NCBI GenBank assembly: GCA_964016885.1
Contig: OZ024741.1
Span: 259,966,001-260,030,000 of the forward strand
Direction of reading: 5' to 3'
Source of the DNA: Eledone cirrhosa
Taxonomy: Eukaryota
Length of the DNA: 64,000 nucleotides
Shown here: positions 26,501-41,405 of the stretch, in pieces
Layout: every line of letters starts with the position of its first letter
Position numbering within the stretch: the stretch's first letter is position 1
Program-made: the position numbers and the translations under genes
Notes under the pieces: model-generated
Database searches by the model: none
Seen by the model: the letters and a program-made list of their open reading frames with translations, nothing else
Told to the model about the DNA's origin: nothing

Positions 26501-29500
26501 CACTCGTAAGTCGAAACACTCGTAAGTCGAAACACTCGTAAGCCGAAACACTCGTAAGTCGAAGCACTCGTATCGAAACACTCGTAAGTCGAAACACCCT
26601 TAAGTCAAAACACTCGTAAGCCAAAACACTCGTAAGTCGAAACACTCGTAAGTCGGAACACTCGTAAGTCAGAACACTCGTAAGTCAGAACACTCGTAAG
26701 TGGAAACACGCGTAAGTCGAAACACTCATAAGTCGAAACACTCGTAAGTCGAAACACCCGTAAGTCGAAACACCCGTAAGTCGAAACACTCGTATGTCGA
26801 ATAACTCGTAAGCCGAAACACCGTAAGTCAAAACACTCGTAAGTCGAAACACTCGTAAGTCGAAACACCCATAAGCCGAAACACTCGTAAGCCAAAACAT
26901 TCGTAAGTCGAAACACTCGTAAACCGAAACACTCGTAAGCCAAAACATTCGTAAGTCGAAACACTCGTAAGTCGAAACACCCATAGCCGAAACACTCGTA
27001 AGTCTGAACACACGTAAGTCAGAACAGCCGTAAGTCAGAACACTCGTAAGTCAGAACACTCTTAAGTCAGAACACTCGTAAGTCAGAGCACTCGTATCGA
27101 AACACTCGTATGTCAAAACACCCGTAAGTCAAAACACTCGTAAGTCGAAACACCCGTAAGTCGAAACACTCGTATGTCGAAACATCCGTAAATCAGAACA
27201 CTCGTAAGTCGAAACACTCGTAAGTCGAAACACTCGTAAGCCGAAACACTCGTAAGTCGAAGCACTCGTATCGAAACACTCGTAAGTCGAAACACCCTTA
27301 AGTCAAAACACTCGTAAGCCAAAACACTCGTAAGTCGAAACACTCGTAAGTCGGAACACTCGTAAGTCAGAACACTCGTAAGTCAGAACACTCGTAAGTG
27401 GAAACACGCGTAAGTCGAAAGACCCGTAAGTCAAAAATCTCGTAAGTCAAAACACTCGTAAGCCGAAACACTCGTAAGTCGAAACACTCGTAAGTCGAAA
27501 CACCCGTAAGTCGGAACACTCGTAAGTCAGAATACTCGTAAGTCAAAACACTCGTAAACCGGAACACCCGTAAGGCAAAACATTCGCATGTCAAAACACT
27601 CGTAAGTCGAAACACTCGTAAGCCGAAACACTCGTAAGTCGAAACACTCGTAAGTCGAAACACTCGTAAGTCGAAACACTCGTAAGTCAGTGCACCCGTA
27701 AGTCAGAACACTCGTAGTCAGAATACTCGTAAGTCGAAACACTCGTATGTCGAAACACCCGTAAGTCGAAACATCCGTAAGTCAAAACACTCGTATGTCG
27801 AAACACTCGTAAGCCGAAACACTCATAAGTCGAAACACTCGTAAGCCGAAACACCCGTAAGTCAAAACATTCGTAAGTCAAAACACTCGTAAGTCGAAAC
27901 ACCCGTAAGTCAAAACACTCGTATGTCGAAACACTCGTAAGCCGAAACAACGTAAGTAAAAACACTCGTAAGTCGAAACACCCATAAGTCGAAACACTCG
28001 TAAGCCGAAACACTCGTAAGTCGAAACACTCATAAGCCGAAACACTCGTAAGTCGGAACACTCGTAAATCAGAACACCCGCAAGTCAGAACACTCGTAAA
28101 TCAGAACACTCTTAAGTCGAAACTCACGTACGCTGAAACACTCGTAAGTCGAAACACTCGTAAGTCGAAACATCCTTAAGTCGAAACACTCGTACACCGA
28201 AACACTCGTAAGTATAAACATTAGTAAGTCGAAACACTCGTAAGCCGAAACACTCGTAAGTCGAAACACCCGTAAATCGAAACACCCGTAAGTCAAAATA
28301 CTCGTATGTCGAAACACTCGTAAACCGAAACACTCGTAAGTCGGAACACTCGTAAGTCAGAACACTCGTAAGTCAGAACACTCGTAAGTCGAAACACTCA
28401 TAAGTCGAAACACTCGTAAGTCGAAACACCCGTAAGTCGAAACCCCCGTAAGTCGAAACACTCGTATGTCGAATAACTCGTAAGCCGAAACACCGTAAGT
28501 CAAAACACTCGTAAGTCAAAACACTCGTAAGTCGAAACACCCATAAGCCGAAACACTCGTAAGCCAAAACATTCGTAAGTCGAAACACTCGTAAACCGAA
28601 ACACTCGTAAGCCAAAACATTCGTAAGTCGAAACACTCGTAAGTCGAAACACCCATAGCCGAAACACTCGTAAGTCGGAACACACGTAAGTCAGAACACC
28701 CGTAAGTCAGAACACTCGTAAGTCAGAACACTCGTAAGTCAGAGCACTCGTATCGAAACACTCGTATGTCAAAACACCCGTAAGTCAAAACACTCGTAAG
28801 TCGAAACACTCGTAAGCCGAAACACCGTAAGCCAAAACACTCGTAAGTCGAAACACCCGTAAGTCGGAACACTCGTAAGTCGAAACACTCGTAAGTCGAA
28901 ACACTCGTAAGCCGAAACACTCGTAAGCCGAAACACTCGTAAGTCGGAACACTCGTAAGTCGGAACACTCGTAAGTCAGAACACTCGTAAGTCAGAACAC
29001 TCGTAAGTCAGAACACTCGTAAGTCAGAATACTCGTAAGTCGAAACACCCGTAAGTCGAAACACCCGTAAGTCGAAACACTCGTATGTCGAATAACTCGT
29101 AAGCCGAAACACCGTAAGTCAAAACACTCGTAAGTCGAAACACTCGTAAGTCGAAACACCCATAAGCCGAAACACTCGTAAGCCAAAACATTCGTAAGTC
29201 GAAACACTCGTAAACCGAAACACTCGTAAGCCAAAACATTCGTAAGTCGAAACACTCGTAAGTCGAAACACCCATAGCCGAAACACTTGTAAGTCTGAAC
29301 ACACGTAAGTCAGAACACTCGTAAGTCAGAACACTCGTAAGTCAGAGCACTCGTATCGAAACACTCGTATGTCAAAACACCCGTAAGTCAAAACACTCGT
29401 AAGTCGAAACACTCGTAAGCCGAAACACCGTAAGCCAAAACACTCGTAAGTCGAAACACCCGTAAGTCGGAACACTCGTAAGTCGAAACACTCGTAAGTC

Positions 29501-32500
29501 GAAACACTCGTAAGCCGAAACACTCGTAAGCCGAAACACTCGTAAGTCGGAACACTCGTAAGTCGGAACACTCGTAAGTCAGAACACTCGTAAGTCAGAA
29601 CACTCGTAAGTCAGAACACTCGTAAGTCAGAACACTCGTAAGTCGAAACACTCGTATCGAAACACTCGTATGTCAAAACACCAGTAAGTCGAAACACTCG
29701 TATCGAAACACTCGTATGTCAAAACACCAGTAAGTCAAAACACTCGTAAGTCGAAACACTCGTAAGCCGAAACACCGTAAGTCGAAACACCCGTATGTCG
29801 AAACACTCGTAAGCCGAAACACTCGTAAGTCGAAACACTCGTAGTCGAAACACTCGTAAGTCGAAACACCCGTAAGTCGAAACACTCGTAAGTCGAAACA
29901 CTCGTAAGCCGAAACACTCGTAAGTCGAAACACTCATAAGCCGAAACACTCGTAAGTCGAAACACTCGTAAGTCAGAACACTCGTAGTCAGAACACTCGT
30001 AAGTCAAACCACTCGTAAGCCGAAACACTCGTAAGTCGAAACACTCGTAAGTCGAAACACTCGTAAGTCGAAAAACTCGTAAGCCGGAACACTCGTAAGT
30101 CAGAACACTCGTAAGTCAGAACACTCGTAAGTCGAAACATCCGTAAATCAGAACACTCCTAAGTCAAAACACTCGTAAGTCGAAACACTCGTAAGTCAAA
30201 AATACTCGTAAGTCGAAACACCCTTAAGTAAAAACACTCGTAAGTCGAAACACTCGTAAGCCGAAACACCCGTCAGTTAAAACACCCGTAAGTCGAAACA
30301 CTCGTAAGTCAAAACTCTCGTACGCCGAAACACTCGTAAGTAAAAACATTAGTAAGTCGAAACACTCGTAAGCCGAAAGACTCATAAGTCGAAACACTCG
30401 TAAGCCGAAACACCCGTAAGTCAAAACATTCGTAAGTCAAAACACTCGTAAGTCGAAACACCCGTAAGTCGAAACACTCGTATGTCGAAACACTCGTAAG
30501 CCGAAACACCGTAAGTAAAAACACTCGTAAGTCGAAACACCCACAAGTCGAAACACTCGTAAGCCGAAACACTCGTAAGTCGAAACACTCATAAGCCGAA
30601 ACACTCGTAAGTCGGAACACTCGTAAATCAGAACACCCGCAAGTCAGAACACTCGTATCGAAACACTCGTATGTCAAAACACCCGTAAGTCAAAACACTC
30701 GTAAGTCGAAACACTCGTAAGCCGAAACACCGTAAGTAAAAAAACTCGTAAGTCGAAATACTCGTAAGTCGAAACACTCGTAAGTCAGAACACTCGTAAG
30801 TCAGAACACTCGTAATTCGAAACACTCATAAGTCGAAACACTCGTAAGTCGAAACACCCGTAAGTCGAAACACTCGTAAGTCGGAACACTCGTAAGTCGG
30901 AACACTCGTAAGTCAGAACACTCGTAAGTCAGAACACTCGTAAGTCAGAACACTCGTAAGTCAGAATACTCGTAAGTCGAAACACCCGTAAGTCGAAACA
31001 CCCGTAAGTCGAAACACTCGTATGTCGAATAACTCGTAAGCCGAAACACCGTAAGTCAAAACACTCGTAAGTCGAAACACTCGTAAGTCGAAACACCCAT
31101 AAGCCGAAACACTCGTAAGCCAAAACATTCGTAAGTCGAAACACTCGTAAACCGAAACACTCGTAAGCCAAAACATTCGTAAGTCGAAACACTCGTAAGT
31201 CGAAACACCCATAGCCGAAACACTTGTAAGTCGGAACACACGTAAGTCAGAACACCCGTAAGTCAGAACACTCGTAAGTCAGAACACTCGTAAGTCAGAA
31301 CACTCGTAAGTCAGAGCACTCGTATCGAAACACTCGTATGTCAAAACACCCGTAAGTCAAAACACTCGTAAGTCGAAACACTCGTAAGCCGAAACACCGT
31401 AAGCCAAAACACTCGTAAGTCGAAACACCCGTAAGTCGGAACACTCGTAAGTCGAAACACTCGTAAGTCGAAACACTCGTAAGCCGAAACACTCGTAAGC
31501 CGAAACACTCGTAAGTCGGAACACTCGTAAGTCGGAACACTCGTAAGTCAGAACACTCGTAAGTCAGAACACTCGTAAGTCAGAACACTCGTAAGTCAGA
31601 ACACTCGTAAGTCGAAACACTCGTATCGAAACACTCGTATGTCAAAACACCAGTAAGTCGAAACACTCGTATCGAAACACTCGTATGTCAAAACACCAGT
31701 AAGTCAAAACACTCGTAAGTCGAAACACTCGTAAGCCGAAACACCGTAAGTCGAAACACCCGTATGTCGAAACACTCGTAAGCCGAAACACTCGTAAGTC
31801 GAAACACTCGTAGTCGAAACACTCGTAAGTCGAAACACCCGTAAGTCGAAACACTCGTAAGTCGAAACACTCGTAAGCCGAAACACTCGTAAGTCGAAAC
31901 ACTCATAAGCCGAAACACTCGTAAGTCGAAACACTCGTAAGTCAGAACACTCGTAGTCAGAACACTCGTAAGTCAAACCACTCGTAAGCCGAAACACTCG
32001 TAAGTCGAAACACTCGTAAGTCGAAACACTCGTAAGTCGAAAAACTCGTAAGCCGGAACACTCGTAAGTCAGAACACTCGTAAGTCAGAACACTCGTAAG
32101 TCGAAACACTCGTAAGCCGAAACACCCGTAAGTCGAAACATTCGTAAGTCGAAACACCCGTAAGTCGAAACACTCGTAAGTCGAAACACTCGTAAGTCGA
32201 AACACCGTAAGTCAAAACACTCGTATGTCGAAACATCCGTAAATCAGAACACTCCTAAGTCAAAACACTCGTAAGTCGAAACACTCGTAAGTCAAAAATA
32301 CTCGTAAGTCGAAACACCCTTAAGTAAAAACACTCGTAAGTCGAAACACTCGTAAGCCGAAACACCCGTCAGTTAAAACACCCGTAAGTCGAAACACTCG
32401 TAAGTCAAAACTCTCGTACGCCGAAACACTCGTAAGTAAAAACATTAGTAAGTCGAAACACTCGTAAGCCGAAACACTCATAAGTCGAAACACTCGTAAG

Positions 32501-35500
32501 CCGAAACACCCGTAAGTCAAAACATTCGTAAGTCAAAACACTCGTAAGTCGAAACACCCGTAAGTCGAAACACTCGTATGTCGAAACACTCGTAAGCCGA
32601 AACACCGTAAGTAAAAACACTCGTAAGTCGAAACACCCACAAGTCGAAACACTCGTAAGCCGAAACACTCGTAAGTCGAAACACTCATAAGCCGAAACAC
32701 TCGTAAGTCGGAACACTCGTAAATCAGAACACCCGCAAGTCAGAACATTCGTATCGAAACACTCGTATGTCAAAACACCCGTAAGTCAAAACACTCGTAA
32801 GTCGAAACACTCGTAAGCCGAAACACCGTAAGTAAAAAAACTCGTAAGTCGAAATACTCGTAAGTCGAAACACTCGTAAGCCGAAACAATCGTAATTCAA
32901 AACACTCGTAAGTCGAAACACTCGTAAGCCGAAACAATCGTAAGTCGAAACACTCGTAAGCCGAAAATACTCGTAAGTCGGAACACCCGTAAGCCGAAAC
33001 ACTCGTATGTCGAAACACTCGTAAGCCGAAACAACATAAGTAAAAACACTCGTAAGTCGAAACACCCATAAGTCGAAACACTCGTAAGCCGAAACACTCG
33101 TAAGTCGAAACACTCATAAGCCGAAACACTCGTAAGTCGGAACACTCGTAAATCAGAACACCCGCAAGTCAGAACACTCGTAAATCAGAACACTCTTAAG
33201 TCGAAACTCACGTACGCCGAAACACTCGTAAGTCGAAACACTCGTAAGTCGAAACATCCTTAAGTCGAAACACTCGTACACCGAAACACTCGTAAGTATA
33301 AACATTAGTAAGTCGAAACACTCGTATGTCGAAACACTCGTAAACCGAAACACTCGTAAGTCGGAACACTCGTAAGTCAGAACACTCGTAAGTCAGAACA
33401 CTCGTAATTCGAAACACTCATAAGTCGAAACACTCGTAAGTCGAAACACCCGTAAGTCGAAACACCCGTAAGTCGAAACACTCGTATGTCGAATAACTCG
33501 TAAGCCGAAACACTGTAAGTCAAAACACTCGTAAGTCGAAACACTCGTAAGTCGAAACACCCATAAGCCGAAACATTCGTAAGCCAAAACATTCGTAAGT
33601 CGAAACACTCGTAAACCGAAACACTCGTAAGCCAAAACATTCGTAAGTCGAAACACTCGTAAGTCGAAACACCCATAGCCGAAACACTTGTAAGTCTGAA
33701 CACACGTAAGTCAGAACACCCGTAAGTCAGAACACTCGTAAGTCAGAACACTCGTAAGTCAGAGCACTCGTATCGAAACACTCGTATGTCAAAACACCCG
33801 TAAGTCAAAACACTCGTAAGTCGAAACACTCGTAAGCCGAAACACCGTAAGCCAAAACACTCGTAAGTCGAAACATCCGTAAGTCGGAACACTCGTAAGT
33901 CGAAACACTCGTAAGTCGAAACACTCGTAAGCCGAAACACTCGTAAGCCGAAACACTCGTAAGTCGGAACACTCGTAAGTCGGAACACTCGTAAGTCAGA
34001 ACACTCGTAAGTCAGAACACTCGTAAGTCAGAACACTCGTAAGTCAGAACACTCGTAAGTCGAAACACTCGTATCGAAACACTCGTATGTCAAAACACCC
34101 GTAAGTCAAAACACTCGTAAGTCGAAACACTCGTAAGTCGAAACATTCGTATGTCGAAACATCCGTAAATCAGAACACTCGTAAGTCGAAACACTCGTAA
34201 GTCGAAACACTCGTAAGCCGAAACACTCGTAAGTCGAAGCACTCGTATCGAAACACTCGTAAGTCGAAACACCCTTAAGTCAAAACACTCGTAAGCCAAA
34301 ACACTCGTAAGTCGAAACACTCGTAAGTCGGAACACTCGTAAGTCAGAACACTCGTAAGTCAGAACACTCGTAAGTGGAAACACGCGTAAGTCGAAACAC
34401 TCATAAGTCGAAACACTCGTAAGTCGAAACACCCGTAAGTCGAAACACCCGTAAGTCGAAACACTCGTATGTCGAATAACTCGTAAGCCGAAACACCGTA
34501 AGTCAAAATACTCGTAAGTCGAAACACTCGTAAGTCGAAACACCCATAAGCCGAAACACTCGTAAGCCAAAACATTCGTAAGTCGAAACACTCGTAAACC
34601 GAAACACTCGTAAGCCAAAACATTCGTAAGTCGAAACACTCGTAAGTCGAAACACCCATAGCCGAAACACTCGTAAGTCTGAACACACGTAAGTCAGAAC
34701 AGCCGTAAGTCAGAACACTCGTAAGTCAGAACACTCTTAAGTCAGAACACTCGTAAGTCAGAGCACTCGTATCGAAACACTCGTATGTCAAAACACCCGT
34801 AAGTCAAAACACTCGTAAGTCGAAACACTCGTAAGTCGAAACACTCGTATGTCGAAACATCCGTAAATCAGAACACTCGTAAGTCGAAACACTCGTAAGT
34901 CGAAACACTCGTAAGCCGAAACACTCGTAAGTCGAAGCACTCGTATCGAAACACTCGTAAGTCGAAACACCCTTAAGTCAAAACACTCGTAAGCCAAAAC
35001 ACTCGTAAGTCGAAACACTCGTAAGTCGGAACACTCGTAAGTCAGAACACTCGTAAGTCAGAACACTCGTAAGTGGAAACACGCGTAAGTCGAAAGACCC
35101 GTAAGTCAAAAATCTCGTAAGTCAAAACACTCGTAAGCCGAAACACTCGTAAGTCGAAACACTCGTAAGTCGAAACACCCGTAAGTCGGAACACTCGTAA
35201 GTCAGAATACTCGTAAGTCAAAACACTCGTAAACCGGAACACCCGTAAGGCAAAACATTCGCATGTCAAAACACTCGTAAGTCGAAACACTCGTAAGCCG
35301 AAACACTCGTAAGTCGAAACACTCGTAAGTCGAAACACTCGTAAGTCGAAACACTCGTAAGTCAGTGCACCCGTAAGTCAGAACACTCGTAGTCAGAATA
35401 CTCGTAAGTCGAAACACTCGTATGTCGAAACACCCGTAAGTCGAAACATCCGTAAGTCAAAACACTCGTATGTCGAAACACTCGTAAGCCGAAACACTCA

Positions 35501-38500
35501 TAAGTCGAAACACTCGTAAGCCGAAACACCCGTAAGTCAAAACATTCGTAAGTCAAAACACTCGTAAGTCGAAACACCCGTAAGTCAAAACACTCGTATG
35601 TCGAAACACTCGTAAGCCGAAACAACGTAAGTAAAAACACTCGTAAGTCGAAACACCCATAAGTCGAAACACTCGTAAGCCGAAACACTCGTAAGTCGAA
35701 ACACTCATAAGCCGAAACACTCGTAAGTCGGAACACTCGTAAATCAGAACACCCGCAAGTCAGAACACTCGTAAATCAGAACACTCTTAAGTCGAAACTC
35801 ACGTACGCTGAAACACTCGTAAGTCGAAACACTCGTAAGTCGAAACATCCTTAAGTCGAAACACTCGTACACCGAAACACTCGTAAGTATAAACATTAGT
35901 AAGTCGAAACACTCGTAAGCCGAAACACTCGTAAGTCGAAACACCCGTAAATCGAAACACCCGTAAGTCAAAATACTCGTATGTCGAAACACTCGTAAAC
36001 CGAAACACTCGTAAGTCGGAACACTCGTAAGTCAGAACACTCGTAAGTCAGAACACTCATAAGTCGAAACACTCATAAGTCGAAACACTCGTAAGTCGAA
36101 ACACCCGTAAGTCGAAACCCCCGTAAGTCGAAACACTCGTATGTCGAATAACTCGTAAGCCGAAACACCGTAAGTCAAAACACTCGTAAGTCAAAACACT
36201 CGTAAGTCGAAACACCCATAAGCCGAAACACTCGTAAGCCAAAACATTCGTAAGTCGAAACACTCGTAAACCGAAACACTCGTAAGCCAAAACATTCGTA
36301 AGTCGAAACACTCGTAAGTCGAAACACCCATAGCCGAAACACTCGTAAGTCGGAACACACGTAAGTCAGAACACCCGTAAGTCAGAACACTCGTAAGTCA
36401 GAACACTCGTAAGTCAGAGCACTCGTATCGAAACACTCGTATGTCAAAACACCCGTAAGTCAAAACACTCGTAAGTCGAAACACTCGTAAGCCGAAACAC
36501 CGTAAGCCAAAACACTCGTAAGTCGAAACACCCGTAAGTCGGAACACTCGTAAGTCGAAACACTCGTAAGTCGAAACACTCGTAAGCCGAAACACTCGTA
36601 AGCCGAAACACTCGTAAGTCGGAACACTCGTAAGTCGGAACACTCGTAAGTCCGGACACTCGTAAGTCAGAACACTCGTAAGTCAGAACACTCGTAAGTC
36701 AGAATACTCGTAAGTCGAAACACCCGTAAGTCGAAACACCCGTAAGTCGAAACACTCGTATGTCGAATAACTCGTAAGCCGAAACACCGTAAGTCAAAAC
36801 ACTCGTAAGTCGAAACACTCGTAAGTCGAAACACCCATAAGCCGAAACACTCGTAAGCCAAAACATTCGTAAGTCGAAACACTCGTAAACCGAAACACTC
36901 GTAAGCCAAAACATTCGTAAGTCGAAACACTCGTAAGTCGAAACACCCATAGCCGAAACACTTGTAAGTCTGAACACACGTAAGTCAGAACACCCGTAAG
37001 TCAGAACACTCGTAAGTCAGAACACTCGTAAGTCAGAACACTCGTAAGTCAGAGCACTCGTATCGAAACACTCGTATGTCAAAACACCCGTAAGTCAAAA
37101 CACTCGTAAGTCGAAACACTCGTAAGCCGAAACACCGTAAGCCAAAACACTCGTAAGTCGAAACACCCGTAAGTCGGAACACTCGTAAGTCGAAACACTC
37201 GTAAGTCGAAACACTCGTAAGCCGAAACACTCGTAAGCCGAAACACTCGTAAGTCGGAACACTCGTAAGTCGGAACACTCGTAAGTCAGAACACTCGTAA
37301 GTCAGAACACTCGTAAGTCAGAACACTCGTAAGTCAGAACACTCGTAAGTCGAAACACTCGTATCGAAACACTCGTATGTCAAAACACCAGTAAGTCGAA
37401 ACACTCGTATCGAAACACTCGTATGTCAAAACACCAGTAAGTCAAAACACTCGTAAGTCGAAACACTCGTAAGCCGAAACACCGTAAGTCGAAACACCCG
37501 TATGTCGAAACACTCGTAAGCCGAAACACTCGTAAGTCGAAACACTCGTAGTCGAAACACTCGTAAGTCGAAACACCCGTAAGTCGAAACACTCGTAAGT
37601 CGAAACACTCGTAAGCCGAAACACTCGTAAGTCGAAACACTCATAAGCCGAAACACTCGTAAGTCGAAACACTCGTAAGTCAGAACACTCGTAGTCAGAA
37701 CACTCGTAAGTCAAACCACTCGTAAGCCGAAACACTCGTAAGTCGAAACACTCGTAAGTCGAAACACTCGTAAGTCGAAAAACTCGTAAGCCGGAACACT
37801 CGTAAGTCAGAACACTCGTAAGTCAGAACACTCGTAAGTCGAAACATCCGTAAATCAGAACACTCCTAAGTCAAAACACTCGTAAGTCGAAACACTCGTA
37901 AGTCAAAAATACTCGTAAGTCGAAACACCCTTAAGTAAAAACACTCGTAAGTCGAAACACTCGTAAGCCGAAACACCCGTCAGTTAAAACACCCGTAAGT
38001 CGAAACACTCGTAAGTCAAAACTCTCGTACGCCGAAACACTCGTAAGTAAAAACATTAGTAAGTCGAAACACTCGTAAGCCGAAAGACTCATAAGTCGAA
38101 ACACTCGTAAGCCGAAACACCCGTAAGTCAAAACATTCGTAAGTCAAAACACTCGTAAGTCGAAACACCCGTAAGTCGAAACACTCGTATGTCGAAACAC
38201 TCGTAAGCCGAAACACCGTAAGTAAAAACACTCGTAAGTCGAAACACCCACAAGTCGAAACACTCGTAAGCCGAAACACTCGTAAGTCGAAACACTCATA
38301 AGCCGAAACACTCGTAAGTCGGAACACTCGTAAATCAGAACACCCGCAAGTCAGAACACTCGTATCGAAACACTCGTATGTCAAAACACCCGTAAGTCAA
38401 AACACTCGTAAGTCGAAACACTCGTAAGCCGAAACACCGTAAGTAAAAAAACTCGTAAGTCGAAATACTCGTAAGTCGAAACACTCGTAAGCCGAAACAA

Positions 38501-39700
38501 TCGTAATTCAAAACACTCGTAAGTCGAAACACTCGTAAGCCGAAACAATCGTAAGTCGAAACACTCGTAAGCCGAAAATACTCGTAAGTCGGAACACCCG
38601 TAAGCCGAAACACTCGTATGTCGAAACACTCGTAAGCCGAAACAACATAAGTAAAAACACTCGTAAGTCGAAACACCCATAAGTCGAAACACTCGTAAGC
38701 CGAAACACTCGTAAGTCGAAACACTCATAAGCCGAAACACTCGTAAGTCGGAACACTCGTAAATCAGAACACCCGCAAGTCAGAACACTCGTAAATCAGA
38801 ATACTCTTAAGTCGAAACTCACGTACGCTGAAACACTGGTAAGTCGAAACACTCGTAAGTCGAAACATCCTTAAGTCGAAACACTCGTACACCGAAACAC
38901 TCGTAAGTATAAACATTAGTAAGTCGAAACACTCGTAAGCCGAAACACTCGTAAGTCGAAACACCCGTAAATCGAAACACCCGTAAGTCAAAACACTCGT
39001 ATGTCGAAACACTCGTAAACCGAAACACTCGTAAGTCGGAACACTCGTAAGTCAGAACACTCGTAAGTCAGAACACTCGTAAGTCGAAACACTCATAAGT
39101 CGAAACACTCGTAAGTCGAAACACCCGTAAGTCGAAACCCCCGTAAGTCGAAACACTCGTATGTCGAATAACTCGTAAGCCGAAACACCGTAAGTCAAAA
39201 CACTCGTAAGTCGAAACACTCGTAAGTCGAAACACCCATAAGCCGAAACACTCGTAAGCCAAAACATTCGTAAGTCGAAACACTCGTAAACCGAAACACT
39301 CGTAAGCCAAAACATTCGTAAGTCGAAACACTCGTAAGTCGAAACACCCATAGCCGAAACACTCGTAAGTCGGAACACACGTAAGTCAGAACACCCGTAA
39401 GTCAGAACACTCGTAAGTCAGAACACTCGTAAGTCAGAACACTCGTAAGTCAGAGCACTCGTATCGAAACACTCGTATGTCAAAACACCCGTAAGTCAAA
39501 ACACTCGTAAGTCGAAACACTCGTAAGCCGAAACACCGTAAGCCAAAACACTCGTAAGTCGAAACACCCGTAAGTCGGAACACTCGTAAGTCGAAACACT
39601 CGTAAGTCGAAACACTCGTAAGCCGAAACACTCGTAAGCCGAAACACTCGTAAGTCGGAACACTCGTAAGTCGGAACACTCGTAAGTCAGAACACTCGTA
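14575..39700 (+). repeat. Long island-free domain of the ~5.7-kb HOR with internal deletion and duplication variants
   Basis: GTGCAC-marker units lie near 16580, 22320, 27690 and 35365. The cagttaaaac marker lies near 19324, 24695, 30274, 32370 and 37981. There is no island between 14188 and 40170. Confidence 0.85.
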
Positions 39701-40169
39701 AGTCAGAACACTCGTAAGTCAGAACACTCGTAAGTCAGAATACTCGTAAGTCGAAACACTCGTATCGAAACACTCGTATGTCAAAACACCCGTAAGTCAA
39801 AACACTCGTAAGTCGAAACACTCGTAAGTCGAAACACTCGTATGTCGAAACATCCGTAAATCAGAACACTCGTAAGTCGAAACACTCGTAAGCCGAAACA
39901 CTCGTAAGTCGAAACACTCGTATCGAAACACTCGTAAGTCGAAACACCCTTAAGTCAAAACACTCGTAAGCCAAAACACTCGTAAGTCGAAACACTCGTA
40001 AGTCGGAACACTCGTAAGTCAGAACACTCGTAAGTCAGAACACTCGTAAGTGGAAACACGCGTAAGTCGAAAGACCCGTAAGTCAAAAATCTCGTAAGTC
40101 AAAACACTCGTAAGCCGAAACACTCGTAAGTCGAAACACTCGTAAGTCGAAACATTCGTAAAGCGAAAC

Positions 40170-40238
40170 GTATAAATAAAGATTAATGTAATGAACTTGA
40201 AAAGCATAGATATTTGAAACCGCGTCTATTTGTTATTT
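40170..40238. other. AT-rich island, allele A (copy 7)
   Basis: Carries gaacttg and agatatt. Confidence 0.95.
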
Positions 40239-41336
40239 TCGTAAGTCGAAACACTCGTAAGTCAGAACACTCGTAAGTCAGAACACTCTTAAGTGAGAAC
40301 ACTCGTATCGAAACACTCGTATGTCAAAACACCCGTAAGTCAAAACACTCGTAAGTCGAAACACTCGTAAGTCGAAACACTCGTAAGCCGAAACAATCGT
40401 AAGTCAAAACACTCGTAAGTCGAAACACTCGTAAGCCGAAAATACTCGTAAGTCGGAACACCCGTAAGCCGAAACCCTCGTAGTTCGGAACACTCGTAAG
40501 TCGAAACACTCGTAAGTCGAAACACCCGTAAGTCGAAACACTCGTAAGTCGAAACACCCGTAAGTCGAAACATCCGTAAGACAAAACACTCGTATGTCGA
40601 AACACTCGTAAGCCGAGACACTCGTAAGTCGGAACACTCGCAAGTCAGAACACTCGTAAGTCAGAACACTCGTAAGTCGAAACACTCGTAAGTCGAAACA
40701 CCCGTAAGTCGAAACGCCCGTAAGTCAAAACACTCGTATGTCGAAACACTCGCAAGCCGAAAAACCGTAAGTCAAAACACTCGTAAGTCGAAACACTCGT
40801 AAGTCGAAACACTCGTAAGCCGAAACACTCGTAAGCGAAAACATTCGTAAGTCGAAACACTCGTAACCCGAAACATTCGTAAGTCGAAACACTCGAAAGC
40901 CGAAACACTCGTAAGTCGAAACACTCATAAGCCGAAACACTCGTAAGTCGGAACACTCGTAAGTCAGAACACCCGTAAGTCAGAACACTCGTAGTCAGAA
41001 CACTCGTAAGTCGAAACACTCGTAAGCCGAAACACTCGCAAGTCGAAGCACTCGTAATCCGAAACACTCTTAAGTCGAAACACTCGTAAGTCAGAACACT
41101 CGTAAGTCGAAACACTCGTAAGCCGAAACATCCGTAAGTCAAAACATCCGTAAGTCAAAACATTCGTAAGTCGAAACACCCGTAGTCGAAACACTCGCAT
41201 GTCGAAACACTCGTAAGTCGAAACACGCGTAAGTCGAAACACATGTAAGTCAAAACACTCGTAAGTCAAAACACTCGTAAGCCGAAACACTCGTGAGTCG
41301 AAACACTCGTAAGTTGAAACACTCGTAAAGCGAAAC

Positions 41337-41405
41337 GTATAAATAAAGATTAATGTAATGAATTTGAAAAGCATAGAGATTTGAAACCGCGTCTATTTGT
41401 TATTT
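41337..41405. other. AT-rich island, allele B without B1/B2 SNPs (copy 8)
   Basis: Reads gtataaataaagatt...gaatttg...agagatt. Confidence 0.95.
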
